Assembly: GCA_965205505.1 (NCBI GenBank)
Contig: CBDBHB010000009.1
Coordinates: 352,001-416,000 of the forward strand
DNA: 64,000 nt
Direction: 5' to 3'
Source of the DNA: Acidobacteriota bacterium
Lineage (GTDB): Bacteria > Acidobacteriota > UBA890 > WLXD01
The notes under the pieces were generated by a model, which was not told the DNA's origin, did no database searches, and was given only the letters and a program-made list of their open reading frames with translations. This document shows positions 1 to 9,422 of the stretch, piece by piece. Position numbers and translations under genes: made by a program. Position 1 is the stretch's first letter; each line of letters opens with the position of its first letter.

Positions 1-1
1 C

Positions 2-175
2 ACGCCGGAGGGTGAGAATTCGTGGGTTGTCGACGGCAGCATCACCGTGTCAGTGCGCTCGCGGCAGGTGCTGACGCCGGTCGTCCGTTCCTCCCGAGGA
101 GTGCGACAGGTGCTGATGCCGATCGTCGTAGAAGAAGGCGAACCCGTTTCGGTCGAGGTGCAGATCGCATGGTAG
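2..175 (+). CDS. 3' end of an upstream gene (partial, unknown product)
   Basis: Open frame 2 from the window start (TPEGENSWVVDGSITV...VEVQIAW*). Its TAG at 173-175 overlaps the next ATG at 169. Confidence 0.5.
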   Translation, partial: TPEGENSWVVDGSITVSVRSRQVLTPVVRSSRGVRQVLMPIVVEEGEPVSVEVQIAW

Positions 176-1716
176 ATGGTGTCGGAAGAAACAGCCTCAG
201 AACCTGCGCCGCGATCGCCCTGGTGGTCGGCAGCGGGTGGGCGTTGGCTCAGGATCCGACAGAGGCAGAGATGCGGGCGGAGAGGGAGTCGCGCCGCACC
301 GCGAGCCAGGCAGAGAGCCAGTACTACCGGCTGATCACACTGCCCCTGCCGGTCGATACCGCCATGGAGGTGGGAGGGCTGGCACAGCTCTCGGACGGCC
401 GCATCATGGCGGCGACGCGGCGCGGGGAGGTGTATATCGTCGAAAACGCCTACGGCGAACCACCGCAGCCGATCTTCAAGCAGTACGCGTTCGGGCTGGC
501 GCAGCCGCTCGGGCTTCTCGAGCTCGACGGCTGGATCTACTTCGCGCAGCGTGCCGAGCTGTCGCGCATGCGCGATACCGACGGCGATGACCGTGCCGAC
601 GTCTTCGAGACGGTTACCGACGACTGGGCGATCAGTGGTAACTACCACGAGTACGCATTCGGCCCCAGGCTCACGCCTGACGGCAAGCTCTGGGTAACGC
701 TGAACAGACCGTTCGACGTCGAGCCCTACGGGCGGGCGGACTGGCGAGGATGGGCTGTGCGCGTAGACCGAGATACCGGGAAGATGGAGCCGGTGGTTTC
801 CGGCCTGCGCTCTCCGGCCGGGGTCGAGGTCAGCCCATGGGGCGACGTGTTCTACACCGACAATCAGGGCGAGTGGAACAACGCCTCGAAACTGTCGCAT
901 CTCGAGGTGGGCGAGTTCCACGGCCACCCGTTCGGCATCGACTCGGCCTACCTCCCCGAGTCGCTCGTCGAGCCGCTTGCCGTGGGGCTGCCGCGTGCGG
1001 GGACCTATATGAAGGACCTCGCGGACGAGATTCCGCACTTCAAGATGCCGGCCGTCTGGTTCCCCTATGTAAAGCTCGGGCAAAGTCCGAGCGGCCTGAA
1101 GTGGGACACGAGCGGCGGCGCTTTCGGTCCCTTTGATGGCCAGTTGTTCGTCGGCGACCAGCACCACGCCATGGTGATGCGGGTGTTTCTCGAGGAAGTG
1201 AACGGGCACTGGCAGGGGGCCGCGTTCCGCTTCCGGCAGGGGCTCCAGAGCGGCGTCATTCGGTTGGCGTTCGGCCGCGATCACTCACTGTTCGTGGGCA
1301 TGTCCTCGCGCGGCTGGGGTAGCCTGGGCCTCGACGAGTACGGCCTGCAGCGCTTGGTGTGGACCGGGACAACTCCGTTCGAAGTTCACGAGATGCGGGT
1401 GCGCCCGGACGGCTTCGAGCTCACCTTCACCCAACCGGTCGACCAGCGGAGCGCGGCCGACCGATCGTCCTATCGAATGGAGAGCTACACCTATCGACTC
1501 AGTCCGGAGTACGGCGGCCCCGAGGACGACAAAGAAGAGGTCGCCATCACTGCGGCGCGGGTCGCCCCCGACGGCATGAGCGTGCGCCTGACGATTGACC
1601 CGATCCGTGCCGGCTACGTGCACGAGCTGCATCTCGACGGCGTGCGCAATGCCGTGGGAGGCGCTCTGCTGCACAGGCGGGCCTTCTACACGCTCGTCGA
1701 GATACCCCCGGAGTGA
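169..1716 (+). CDS. Secreted beta-propeller protein, sorbosone/PVC-type dehydrogenase-like
   Basis: ATG 169 after GAGGTG; signal peptide ...WALA-Q; DTDGDDRAD loop and NYHEYAFG, GLRSPAG, DNQGEW motifs. Confidence 0.65.
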   Translation: MVDGVGRNSLRTCAAIALVVGSGWALAQDPTEAEMRAERESRRTASQAESQYYRLITLPLPVDTAMEVGGLAQLSDGRIMAATRRGEVYIVENAYGEPPQPIFKQYAFGLAQPLGLLELDGWIYFAQRAELSRMRDTDGDDRADVFETVTDDWAISGNYHEYAFGPRLTPDGKLWVTLNRPFDVEPYGRADWRGWAVRVDRDTGKMEPVVSGLRSPAGVEVSPWGDVFYTDNQGEWNNASKLSHLEVGEFHGHPFGIDSAYLPESLVEPLAVGLPRAGTYMKDLADEIPHFKMPAVWFPYVKLGQSPSGLKWDTSGGAFGPFDGQLFVGDQHHAMVMRVFLEEVNGHWQGAAFRFRQGLQSGVIRLAFGRDHSLFVGMSSRGWGSLGLDEYGLQRLVWTGTTPFEVHEMRVRPDGFELTFTQPVDQRSAADRSSYRMESYTYRLSPEYGGPEDDKEEVAITAARVAPDGMSVRLTIDPIRAGYVHELHLDGVRNAVGGALLHRRAFYTLVEIPPE

Positions 1717-2201
1717 TTTCGTATCTGGACCCGCTGCGGGCCGCGGTGCGCGCGGTTGTCGTGTTGCTGTTTGCTGCGATTGTCGTGGTGGTGTTCGCCC
1801 AGGTCGTATCGCGGTTCGTGTTCAACGCGCCGTTCTCGTGGTCCGAAGAGCTGGCGCGCTATCTGCAGGTCTGGCTGATCCTGCTGGGCTCGGCCGCTTG
1901 CGTGCGTCGGGGCCTGCACCTGACGGTCGATTATGCGGTGCATTCACTCGGGCCACGGCGCCAGCGGGACCTGCGGCTGCTGGCGCTGGCTGGCGTCATC
2001 TTCTTCCTGGGTGTGGTGATCGTCTCCGGGATCGCGCTGATCAGCGCCACGGCGAACCAAACGACGCCGGCGCTCGAGATCCCGATCCGCGTCGTATATT
2101 TGGCGCTGCCGATCGGCGCGTTGCTCATGCTGATCGAGGCGTTGGCAGCAGGCTACGAGCTGCTCTCGAGCCCCTCCGCAGGAGAGGGGACGCGATCGTG
2201 A
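1713..2201 (+). CDS. dctQ: TRAP transporter small permease
   Basis: Four TM segments, QVVSRF...WSEELARY motif; lies before dctM/dctP. Confidence 0.9.
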   Translation: MISYLDPLRAAVRAVVVLLFAAIVVVVFAQVVSRFVFNAPFSWSEELARYLQVWLILLGSAACVRRGLHLTVDYAVHSLGPRRQRDLRLLALAGVIFFLGVVIVSGIALISATANQTTPALEIPIRVVYLALPIGALLMLIEALAAGYELLSSPSAGEGTRS

Positions 2202-2220
2202 GCCGGCGGCTCGGTGCCAC

Positions 2221-3507
2221 ATGGTGATCGCGATTCTGCTCATCACCATCGCGATCTTCTTTCTGATCGGCATGCCGATCGCGTTCGCCCTTGGTGCCGG
2301 AGCGAGCGTTGCGATCTTGTGGGAAGGAGCTCTGCCCATCTCGATCGTGGCGCAACGGATGTTCTTCGGCTTGGACTCCTGGTTGCTGATGGCCATCCCG
2401 CTGTTCATGTTGGCAGGCCAGCTGATGTCGGCCGGCGGCATGTCGTCGAGGTTGGTGGCTTTCACGACCGAGCTATTCGGCTTCATCCGCGGCAGCCTGG
2501 GAATCGTCTCGGTGGCCGCGTCGATGGTCTTCGCCGGCGTATCGGGATCGTCGACCGCCGACACCGCGGCGGTGGGGTCGATTCTTCTGCCGCTGATGAG
2601 GGAGCGCGGTTACGACATGCGCTTCGCCACCGCATTGCAGGCCGCAGCGGGGTCTATCGGGCCGATCATTCCGCCGAGCCTGCTGATGATCCTCATCGGC
2701 TTCACTACCAACACCTCGGTCTCGGCGCTGTTCCTCGGCGGCATCGTGCCGGGGCTGCTGATCGGCCTCGGGCTCATGGTGGTGGCATACGCTCATGCGG
2801 TTCGCGGTGGGGAGGCATATCTAGCCACCCGTGAGGGTGTGAATCTGTCGCGTCTGTTGAGCACTGGCGCGGCAGCGGCGCCGGCGCTCGGCATGCCGCT
2901 GATCATCCTCGTGGGTATCGTCGGAGGGATCTTCACCACCACCGAGGCGGCGGTCATCGCGGTGGTCTACGGCCTGGTGGTCGGGATGTTCGTGTATCGC
3001 GAGATCTCGATCTCGGACCTGCCGGGCGTTCTCACCAAGTCGGCCGAGCTCGCCACGGTGATCATGTTCATCCAGACAACCGCCTTCCTCTTCGCCTGGC
3101 TGATCACGGTGCACGAGGTACCGGCGATGTTGGCTCAGACGATGCTACGGTGGGTCAGCGGGCCGGGTACTTTCTTCATGCTCTACATCCCGCTGCTGCT
3201 GATGATCGGCGCGGTCATGGAGAGCTTCTCTGCCACCGTGATCATGCTGCCGATCGTTTTCCCCATCGCCGCGAGCTTCGGCGTCGATCCGATCCACTTC
3301 GGCGTCGTCACCACCATCGGCTGGGCCATCGGCTATGTGACGCCGCCCTTCGGGGCCACGCTGTTCGTTGCCTGTAGCCTGACCGGCGAGAGCATTCGTG
3401 AGACCACGCCATATATCCTCCCGATCGTTGCATCGATGCTCGTAGTGCTGCTGCTGATCACCTTCGTGCCCTCCATCGTGTTGTGGATTCCCGGCCTGCT
3501 GTCGTGA
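2221..3507 (+). CDS. dctM: TRAP transporter large permease
   Basis: AIPLFMLAG, SGSSTAD, IIPPS and TPPFG motifs; 428 aa hydrophobic protein. Confidence 0.93.
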   Translation: MVIAILLITIAIFFLIGMPIAFALGAGASVAILWEGALPISIVAQRMFFGLDSWLLMAIPLFMLAGQLMSAGGMSSRLVAFTTELFGFIRGSLGIVSVAASMVFAGVSGSSTADTAAVGSILLPLMRERGYDMRFATALQAAAGSIGPIIPPSLLMILIGFTTNTSVSALFLGGIVPGLLIGLGLMVVAYAHAVRGGEAYLATREGVNLSRLLSTGAAAAPALGMPLIILVGIVGGIFTTTEAAVIAVVYGLVVGMFVYREISISDLPGVLTKSAELATVIMFIQTTAFLFAWLITVHEVPAMLAQTMLRWVSGPGTFFMLYIPLLLMIGAVMESFSATVIMLPIVFPIAASFGVDPIHFGVVTTIGWAIGYVTPPFGATLFVACSLTGESIRETTPYILPIVASMLVVLLLITFVPSIVLWIPGLLS

Positions 3508-3524
3508 CTCGTGAGGCAAACCGG

Positions 3525-4517
3525 ATGCGAATGAACTGGGCGCCGCACGCGACGCTCTTGCTTGTTGCCGGCCTGGTATTTGGCGCTTGCGGCGGCGGCG
3601 AGCCCGATGTGTTCGTTCTCAAGGTCGCCGCCTCGGCGCCGGCTGACGAGCCCGGACCGCAGACGCTGCAGCTGTTCGTCGACCGGATTAACGAGGCCGC
3701 TGGGGGTCGGATCGATGCTCGCCTCTACGCGGGCTCGGTGCTCGGCGAGGATCGGGACGTCACCGAGGGACTGAAGCTCGGCACTGTCGAGATGCTGATG
3801 TCGCCGAGCTCGACGCTGGCGACCTTCGTGCCGGAGATGTACGTCTTCGAGCTACCGTTCCTGTTCGACGACAACGAGCACATGTTCGCGGTGCTCGATT
3901 CGGAGATCGGCGACAGCCTGCGTCCGGCCCTCGAGCGTGAGGGCTTCCACCTCATGGGCTACTTCAGCTACGGGTTGCGCCACATCATGACCACCGAGCG
4001 TGCGGTCGAGACCATCGACGATTTGCGGGGATTGAAGATCCGCACGATGGAGAGCCCTCCGCACCTCGACGCTTTCGCGGCCTTCGGCGCCAGCCCGCTA
4101 CCGATGGCCTACAACGAGCTCTACACGTCGCTGGAGACGGGTGTCATCGACGGGGCCGAAGCGGCGAACTCGAACTACTACTCGAAGCGGCTCTTTGAAG
4201 TGGCGCCCTACTGGGCGTACGTTGGCTGGCTACGACTGGTGGCCCCAGTGCTCATGAGCAAGGCGTTCTATGATCGCCTGCCACCCGATCTGCAGGAGCT
4301 CGTCGACACCACGCTCACCGATCTGGTGGACTACGAGCGCCAGCTCTACACGGACATCGACGAGCTGCGCCTGCAGCAGCTCGTCGACGCCGGTGTGACC
4401 GTGACCTATCCGGACCGTCAGGCGTTCGTCGCCGCCTCGGCTACCGTTTACGACGCTTGGGCAGAGCGCGTCGGCGGCCGGCAGCGGATCGATGCCATCC
4501 TGGACTTCCCGCGCTAA
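3525..4517 (+). CDS. dctP: TRAP transporter substrate-binding protein (lipoprotein)
   Basis: Lipobox FGAC; DLRGLKIR and ELYTSLETGVIDGAE motifs. Confidence 0.9.
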   Translation: MRMNWAPHATLLLVAGLVFGACGGGEPDVFVLKVAASAPADEPGPQTLQLFVDRINEAAGGRIDARLYAGSVLGEDRDVTEGLKLGTVEMLMSPSSTLATFVPEMYVFELPFLFDDNEHMFAVLDSEIGDSLRPALEREGFHLMGYFSYGLRHIMTTERAVETIDDLRGLKIRTMESPPHLDAFAAFGASPLPMAYNELYTSLETGVIDGAEAANSNYYSKRLFEVAPYWAYVGWLRLVAPVLMSKAFYDRLPPDLQELVDTTLTDLVDYERQLYTDIDELRLQQLVDAGVTVTYPDRQAFVAASATVYDAWAERVGGRQRIDAILDFPR

Positions 4518-4628
4518 ATCATGGCCTCATCGAGGAGCGCTTGCGTCGGCCTCCGACGGGCGTCCGCACGACAGATCGATGCCATACTGACGTGCCGCGC
4601 GGATTGACCGCCTCAACAAGGAGCGCTT

Positions 4629-5993
4629 GTGCCGTACCACGAAGTGAACGAATTCCGCAGCCGCTGGGAGCGGCTCGAGCTGGTCCGCCGGGAGAAGTTC
4701 GACATCTCGTTGCCGCGGGCACTGCGCGACAACAACGTCGACATGTGGATCCACGTGATGAAGCTGGGCAACCCCGACGCGTTGGCCAAGGACCTCGGCG
4801 CGGGTGCCGATGTGCTGACTCCCCGACCCTCTGGAGGCAGCTGCGGCTACTTCATCTTCACCGACCGCGGTGGTGACCGCATCGAGCGCGCCATCCTCGG
4901 CGGCGAGGTGCTGCGCGGCGACGGCGGCTACGACCTCATCGGCGACGAGGGGGACCTACGGGAGTTCGTCGAGGAGCGCGATCCGAAGACCATCGCGGTG
5001 AACATGTCGGGTCGAATCGCCGTGGGCGACGGTCTCAGCCACACAGGTTATTTGCGTCTGGTCGAGGCGCTCGGCGATGAATACGCGGCGCGGCTGGTCT
5101 CGGCCGAGGACGTGATCGCCGACTTCCGCGATCGGCGGGTGATCAGCGAGATCGTCGAGTACGGCAAGCTCGGCGAGGTGACGCGACGCCTGATCGAGCG
5201 AGCGCTGTCGAACGAAGTGATCACCGTCGGCAAGACGACGCTCGAACAGGTGGCGTGGTGGATCAAGGACGAACTGCTGGGTCTGGGGATCGAGCCCATC
5301 TTCACCAAGCTGTTCATGCCGCAGGTTCTGTACTCAGCCAGGGCCTCCGCTGAGGACTATGACTCGCCTGACTACCTCTTCCAGCGCGGCGACCTGTTCC
5401 AGTTCGACTTCGGCTTCGAGTTCATGAACATGGGCTCGGACATCAAGCGCACCGCGTACGTCTTGCCCGAGGGCGAGATCGCCGTCCCGGCCGGTCTGCA
5501 GCACGCCTTCGACGAGGGGCTGCGCGCCCGCCAGGTGTTACGCGACAGCATCAAGGTGGGTCGGACTACGGGCGAGACGCTCGAGGTCATCGGCAAGAAC
5601 TTCGAGGACGCCGGATTCGTCTGGGTGAATCTGGTGGGCGACCCCGGCTTCAGCGGCGGCTGGGCCAAGGTCTGGGCCGAGGCCCTCGAAGCGCGCGGCT
5701 TCTCCGACGACGAGGCCCACAAGACGCAAGTGTCGACCGACTGCCACTGCGTCGGCAACACCGGCGACAGCGAGATCGAGGCGGGCCCGTGCATCAGCGG
5801 CTTCCGCTCGGCCGTCCACCACCTGGTGTTGAAGCCGAACCACATCTTCGCTTTCGAGCTGTTCGCCAACACCGCGGTCCCGGAGTGGGACGGCCACCGC
5901 GTACGGCTCGGCATCGAGGACAACGCCATTCTGACCGAAGACGGGGTACAGTTCTTCTACCCGCCCAACGAGCGGCTTCTGCTCATTCACTGA
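4629..5993 (+). CDS. M24-family (Xaa-Pro aminopeptidase-like) peptidase, no signal peptide
   Basis: FDFG..SDIKR, HCVGN, FE and IEDN pita-bread ligands; paralogue of the 20214 and 58873 genes. Confidence 0.8.
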   Translation: MPYHEVNEFRSRWERLELVRREKFDISLPRALRDNNVDMWIHVMKLGNPDALAKDLGAGADVLTPRPSGGSCGYFIFTDRGGDRIERAILGGEVLRGDGGYDLIGDEGDLREFVEERDPKTIAVNMSGRIAVGDGLSHTGYLRLVEALGDEYAARLVSAEDVIADFRDRRVISEIVEYGKLGEVTRRLIERALSNEVITVGKTTLEQVAWWIKDELLGLGIEPIFTKLFMPQVLYSARASAEDYDSPDYLFQRGDLFQFDFGFEFMNMGSDIKRTAYVLPEGEIAVPAGLQHAFDEGLRARQVLRDSIKVGRTTGETLEVIGKNFEDAGFVWVNLVGDPGFSGGWAKVWAEALEARGFSDDEAHKTQVSTDCHCVGNTGDSEIEAGPCISGFRSAVHHLVLKPNHIFAFELFANTAVPEWDGHRVRLGIEDNAILTEDGVQFFYPPNERLLLIH

Positions 5994-6248
5994 GAGAGGC
6001 TGGGCCGGCTGGGTTCAACGATCTTCGCTCTCGCTAGTGGGGACGCGACCCCTTCGATCGCATTGCCGTGGCCCAGTCCCGCCTGGGCGGCGCCCCCCTG
6101 CTGACGAAAGACCGCCACATTCACGACCACTTCGACGGCGCGGTTTGGGGAGACGGCGAGGACAATGACGCGGCCAGGCAGGCGCGCCCGTCGACAGCCA
6201 TTCCGCCACTCCTCGGGGCTCAGGGCTAGCGGGATGGATTCTAGCGCG

Positions 6249-7487
6249 TCATGTTGATGATATTCGCCAGCGCTCGGTCCGCTGCAGCAACGCCGCAGCC
6301 GCCACCACGATCAGGAAGGCGCCGGCGTTGATTACCTGCGCCATCGGGGCCCCGAGCGCGCCGGCGACGGCTCCGGTCTCGAGGCTGCCCAGCGGCCCGG
6401 TGCCGCGGCTGAGGTTCCAGATGCCGACGGCAGCGCCGCGCTCGTCGTCCGGGACCCGGTCCTGCACCAGCTTCGGCAGCAGGACATCGAGGGCCGCCCA
6501 AGCCACGCCGATCCCGAGCATCAGCAGTAGCGACAGCGGGTAGGAGCCGGAGCCGGCGAAGGCGATCAGTGCGATCCCGAAGAGCCCGCACATCCAGAAG
6601 ATCAGCTTGCCCGGTCGCAGCCGGGTTGATAGTGCGGCGAGCGTCAGCAGGCCGGCTACGCCGCCTATCTGCCGCGCGGCGGTCATGTTGCCCAGCCCGG
6701 TCTCGCCGACCTCGAGGATGTCGCGGGCGAACGATGGCAGCAGTGCATCGCTGGAAAAGGCGAAGATCTCTGCCGCGGCACCGATCGCGGCGATCAGCAG
6801 CACGGCCGGGTTGCGCCACAGCACGGCGAAGCCCTCGAGGCCGGTGGCAAGGTGGCGGAGTCCACGAGGTTGCGCAGCAACGTCGTCAGACCGAGGCTGG
6901 CGGCGCGTCGGTAGCAGGTCGCGGGGGATCAGGGTGAGCACCGTTACCGCGCCGACAAAGGCGATGGACATGCACAGGAACGGGGCCGCCGATCCGTACC
7001 ACGCTAGCAGCACGCCGGCCGCGACCGCCCCGGCAGCGCCGACGCCGCGATTGCCGAGCTGCTCCAGCGCCATTCCGTTGATGGCTTCAGCGCGACCCAC
7101 GAGGTCGTAGACGAGGGTGCGTCCGAGGGTGCTCTCGACGGCGTCGAACGCGCCTTCCAGAAAGGCAACCACCAGTAGACCGACGAAGGTCAGGTTGCCA
7201 GTGAGCCCAAGCCCGGCCGCGCCCAGAGCCATCACCGCGCCGAAGAGGTTGACCCCTTGCAGCATTCGCCGTCGATCCATGCGGTCGGAGAGCGCCCCGA
7301 TCGGCACCGCGAAAAGCAAGCGCGGCAGGTTGCGCACCGCGAAGACCGTGCCCACCGCCACAGGTGAGCCGGTGATCTCCAGCGCCAGCCAGCCGAACGC
7401 CACCGAGGCGACGCCGTTGGTGAAACCGTTGAAGGTCAGCGCCAGCCACAGCCACCCGAAGCCCGGCCGCTGAAATGACGCCAGCAT
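6249..7487 (-). CDS. MFS transporter (EntS/DUF894-like)
   Basis: About 12 TM segments, GALSDRMDRR motif A; likely start ATG 7487. Confidence 0.85.
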   Translation of the reverse strand: MLASFQRPGFGWLWLALTFNGFTNGVASVAFGWLALEITGSPVAVGTVFAVRNLPRLLFAVPIGALSDRMDRRRMLQGVNLFGAVMALGAAGLGLTGNLTFVGLLVVAFLEGAFDAVESTLGRTLVYDLVGRAEAINGMALEQLGNRGVGAAGAVAAGVLLAWYGSAAPFLCMSIAFVGAVTVLTLIPRDLLPTRRQPRSDDVAAQPRGLRHLATGLEGFAVLWRNPAVLLIAAIGAAAEIFAFSSDALLPSFARDILEVGETGLGNMTAARQIGGVAGLLTLAALSTRLRPGKLIFWMCGLFGIALIAFAGSGSYPLSLLLMLGIGVAWAALDVLLPKLVQDRVPDDERGAAVGIWNLSRGTGPLGSLETGAVAGALGAPMAQVINAGAFLIVVAAAALLQRTERWRISST

Positions 7488-7570
7488 GGAGCTGCCTAAC
7501 AGTCGCTCGATGTCGACGCCTCCGTGTTGTCGTGTCGGGTGCCGATTGCGGCGTCGCACCGTACCTCAAA

Positions 7571-7608
7571 CAGGTTCGGGAAATCGACCCATGCCAGGTT
7601 TGGGAAAT
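7571..7608. promoter_or_regulatory. 14-bp direct repeat, candidate regulator site
   Basis: CAGGTTCGGGAAAT (7571-7584) and CAGGTTTGGGAAAT (7595-7608), 24 bp apart, in a divergent intergenic region. Confidence 0.35.
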
Positions 7609-7625
7609 TCGTATACGATATGCAG
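7609..7625. promoter_or_regulatory. Putative GntR/FadR-type operator
   Basis: Reverse complement CTGCATATCGTATACGA aligns with the sites at 21616 and 56746. Confidence 0.5.
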
Positions 7626-7683
7626 TCCACAATAGCGCATCGATCGGCGTGAACTCCCGCACGCCACCGAGGGAGGTGGCGAA

Positions 7684-9402
7684 GTGCGCCAGTCGGCCTT
7701 TGTGATCCAGTTGGCCGTTGGGATGTTGGCCGTCGTCGGTCTGCTGCTCGGGGCCGTCCCAGGATTGTTCGCGCAAGACGTTCGCAGTCAGCCGCCGCCC
7801 GGCCTGACGTTCGACTTCGGGCGCTGGCCATATCCGCTCAACGACGAGATCGGCGACGAGCTGCACCGGCTTGCTGCTACGTACCCACGGCTGGCGCGCG
7901 TCCATCAGATCGGCGAGAGCCGCCGCGGCCGGCCCTTGTGGGTGATCGAGCTGACCAACTTCGACGCCGGGCCGGGCGACAGCAAGCCGGCCATGTGGTT
8001 GGACGGCAACATCCACGCTGGCGAGCTGACCGGGCGCCCGTACCTGCAGTACTTCGCGCAGCGGCTGCTGTACAGCTACGGCAAAGACGAGATCAGTACC
8101 CGGATGCTCGACACCCGTACCTTCTACGTGATGCCGGTGTTCGACGTCGACGGCGGCGACCTGATCCTGAGTCGGCACCCGTCGTGGCCGGGATACAACC
8201 CCGACGAGCAGACCGGCGACGATCTCGACGGTGACGGCTATATCACCCGGATTCGTGTCCCCGACACCAAAGCCGACGACGGCTACCGCTATTACATGGA
8301 GTCGCGAGAAGTCGTCGCGCGTAGTCGGCCGGAGTTTCTGCAACGCCGCCGCCGCGACCGGCTCACCGGCGAGCGAGAGGGGGCCGACTTCAATCGCAAC
8401 TGGTCGGCTGAGTGGAGCGCCGCCGAACCGGGTGCCGGCGCGCGACCGTTCTCGTTGCCCGAAGTAGCGGCGGTGGCCGACTTCATCCTCGGCCACGACA
8501 ACATTTTCTTCACATACTCGATTCACTCTGGCGGCGGGTCGCGTAGCTACATGGTGCGTCCGCCGATGGACCGCCCCTACGACTGGATGAACGGTGAGGA
8601 CAACCACTTCTACATGCGAGTGGGTGCGATCTGGGCGCATCTGAGCGGCGGTGGTCTGACCGAGAACAACTACTACAGCTACATGTTCAACACCAGTGAG
8701 CTCGATGAGAATGGCGAGCCGCGCGGCTACGGCGAGACCATGGCCGGCTTCATGGATGACTGGGCCTACATGGACGCTGGTCTCCATAGCCTCACGCCGG
8801 AGGTAAACGGATCGGGCTGGGACTACAACCAGGATGGCTGGATCCGGCCGCAGGAAGAGGAGCGTTGGCACCGCGAGCAGAAGGGCGGGATGTTCGAGTC
8901 AGCCTGGGTCGAGGTGCAGCATCCGGCGCTCGGAACTGTCGAGGTGGGCGGGTCCCGGGGGATGCCCCCGGCGCTCGACGAAACGCTGCAATTCCACTCC
9001 GAGGCCCAGTACGACTTGCTGCTGTACATCGCCGGCTTGTCGCCGTTGATCGCCCTCGCCGATTTGTCGACCGAGCCGCTGGGTGACGGCCTGCACCGGG
9101 TGACCGCGACGCTGCAGAACATCGGTGGGCTGCCGACCTACGTGACGCGCCGCTCCATCGAGCTCCGCCGCGACCTGCCGGTGCTGGCGACGATCGATGT
9201 CGAGGGCGGCGAGGTTGTCGAGGGTGGCTCGGAGAGGAACCTCGGGCACATGAAGGGGTTCGTCGAGGGGGCGTTCGAGGCGGCACCGCCGCTTGTTGAC
9301 TTCGAGTGGGTGGTGCGAGTGAACGCAGCCGCAAGCATCTCCGTTCGGGTTGGATCGCCGAAATCAGGCTATGCGACCGCCTCGACGGAGATCGGCCAAT
9401 GA
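7684..9402 (+). CDS. M14 zinc carboxypeptidase, secreted (paralogue 1)
   Basis: GGAGG RBS; HAGE, DFNRNW and IHSG motifs; DLDGDG Ca loop. Confidence 0.9.
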   Translation: MRQSAFVIQLAVGMLAVVGLLLGAVPGLFAQDVRSQPPPGLTFDFGRWPYPLNDEIGDELHRLAATYPRLARVHQIGESRRGRPLWVIELTNFDAGPGDSKPAMWLDGNIHAGELTGRPYLQYFAQRLLYSYGKDEISTRMLDTRTFYVMPVFDVDGGDLILSRHPSWPGYNPDEQTGDDLDGDGYITRIRVPDTKADDGYRYYMESREVVARSRPEFLQRRRRDRLTGEREGADFNRNWSAEWSAAEPGAGARPFSLPEVAAVADFILGHDNIFFTYSIHSGGGSRSYMVRPPMDRPYDWMNGEDNHFYMRVGAIWAHLSGGGLTENNYYSYMFNTSELDENGEPRGYGETMAGFMDDWAYMDAGLHSLTPEVNGSGWDYNQDGWIRPQEEERWHREQKGGMFESAWVEVQHPALGTVEVGGSRGMPPALDETLQFHSEAQYDLLLYIAGLSPLIALADLSTEPLGDGLHRVTATLQNIGGLPTYVTRRSIELRRDLPVLATIDVEGGEVVEGGSERNLGHMKGFVEGAFEAAPPLVDFEWVVRVNAAASISVRVGSPKSGYATASTEIGQ

Positions 9403-9422
9403 GGCGCCGGGAGGGAGTCCAG

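Noticed and set aside
4518-4632. Direct repeat AGGAGCGCTTG before the M24 gene
   Set aside because: It is 11 bp, and one copy is simply the RBS/start region; no further structure.
5994-6248. 255-bp convergent intergenic region with several CTAG sites
   Set aside because: I could not find terminal inverted repeats or the shared hairpin module.
7087-8871. Long alternative ORFs (also 17769-19478 +, 38498-39967 -, 56825-58570 -)
   Set aside because: They are antisense shadows of well-supported genes, expected in high-GC DNA, and carry no motifs.
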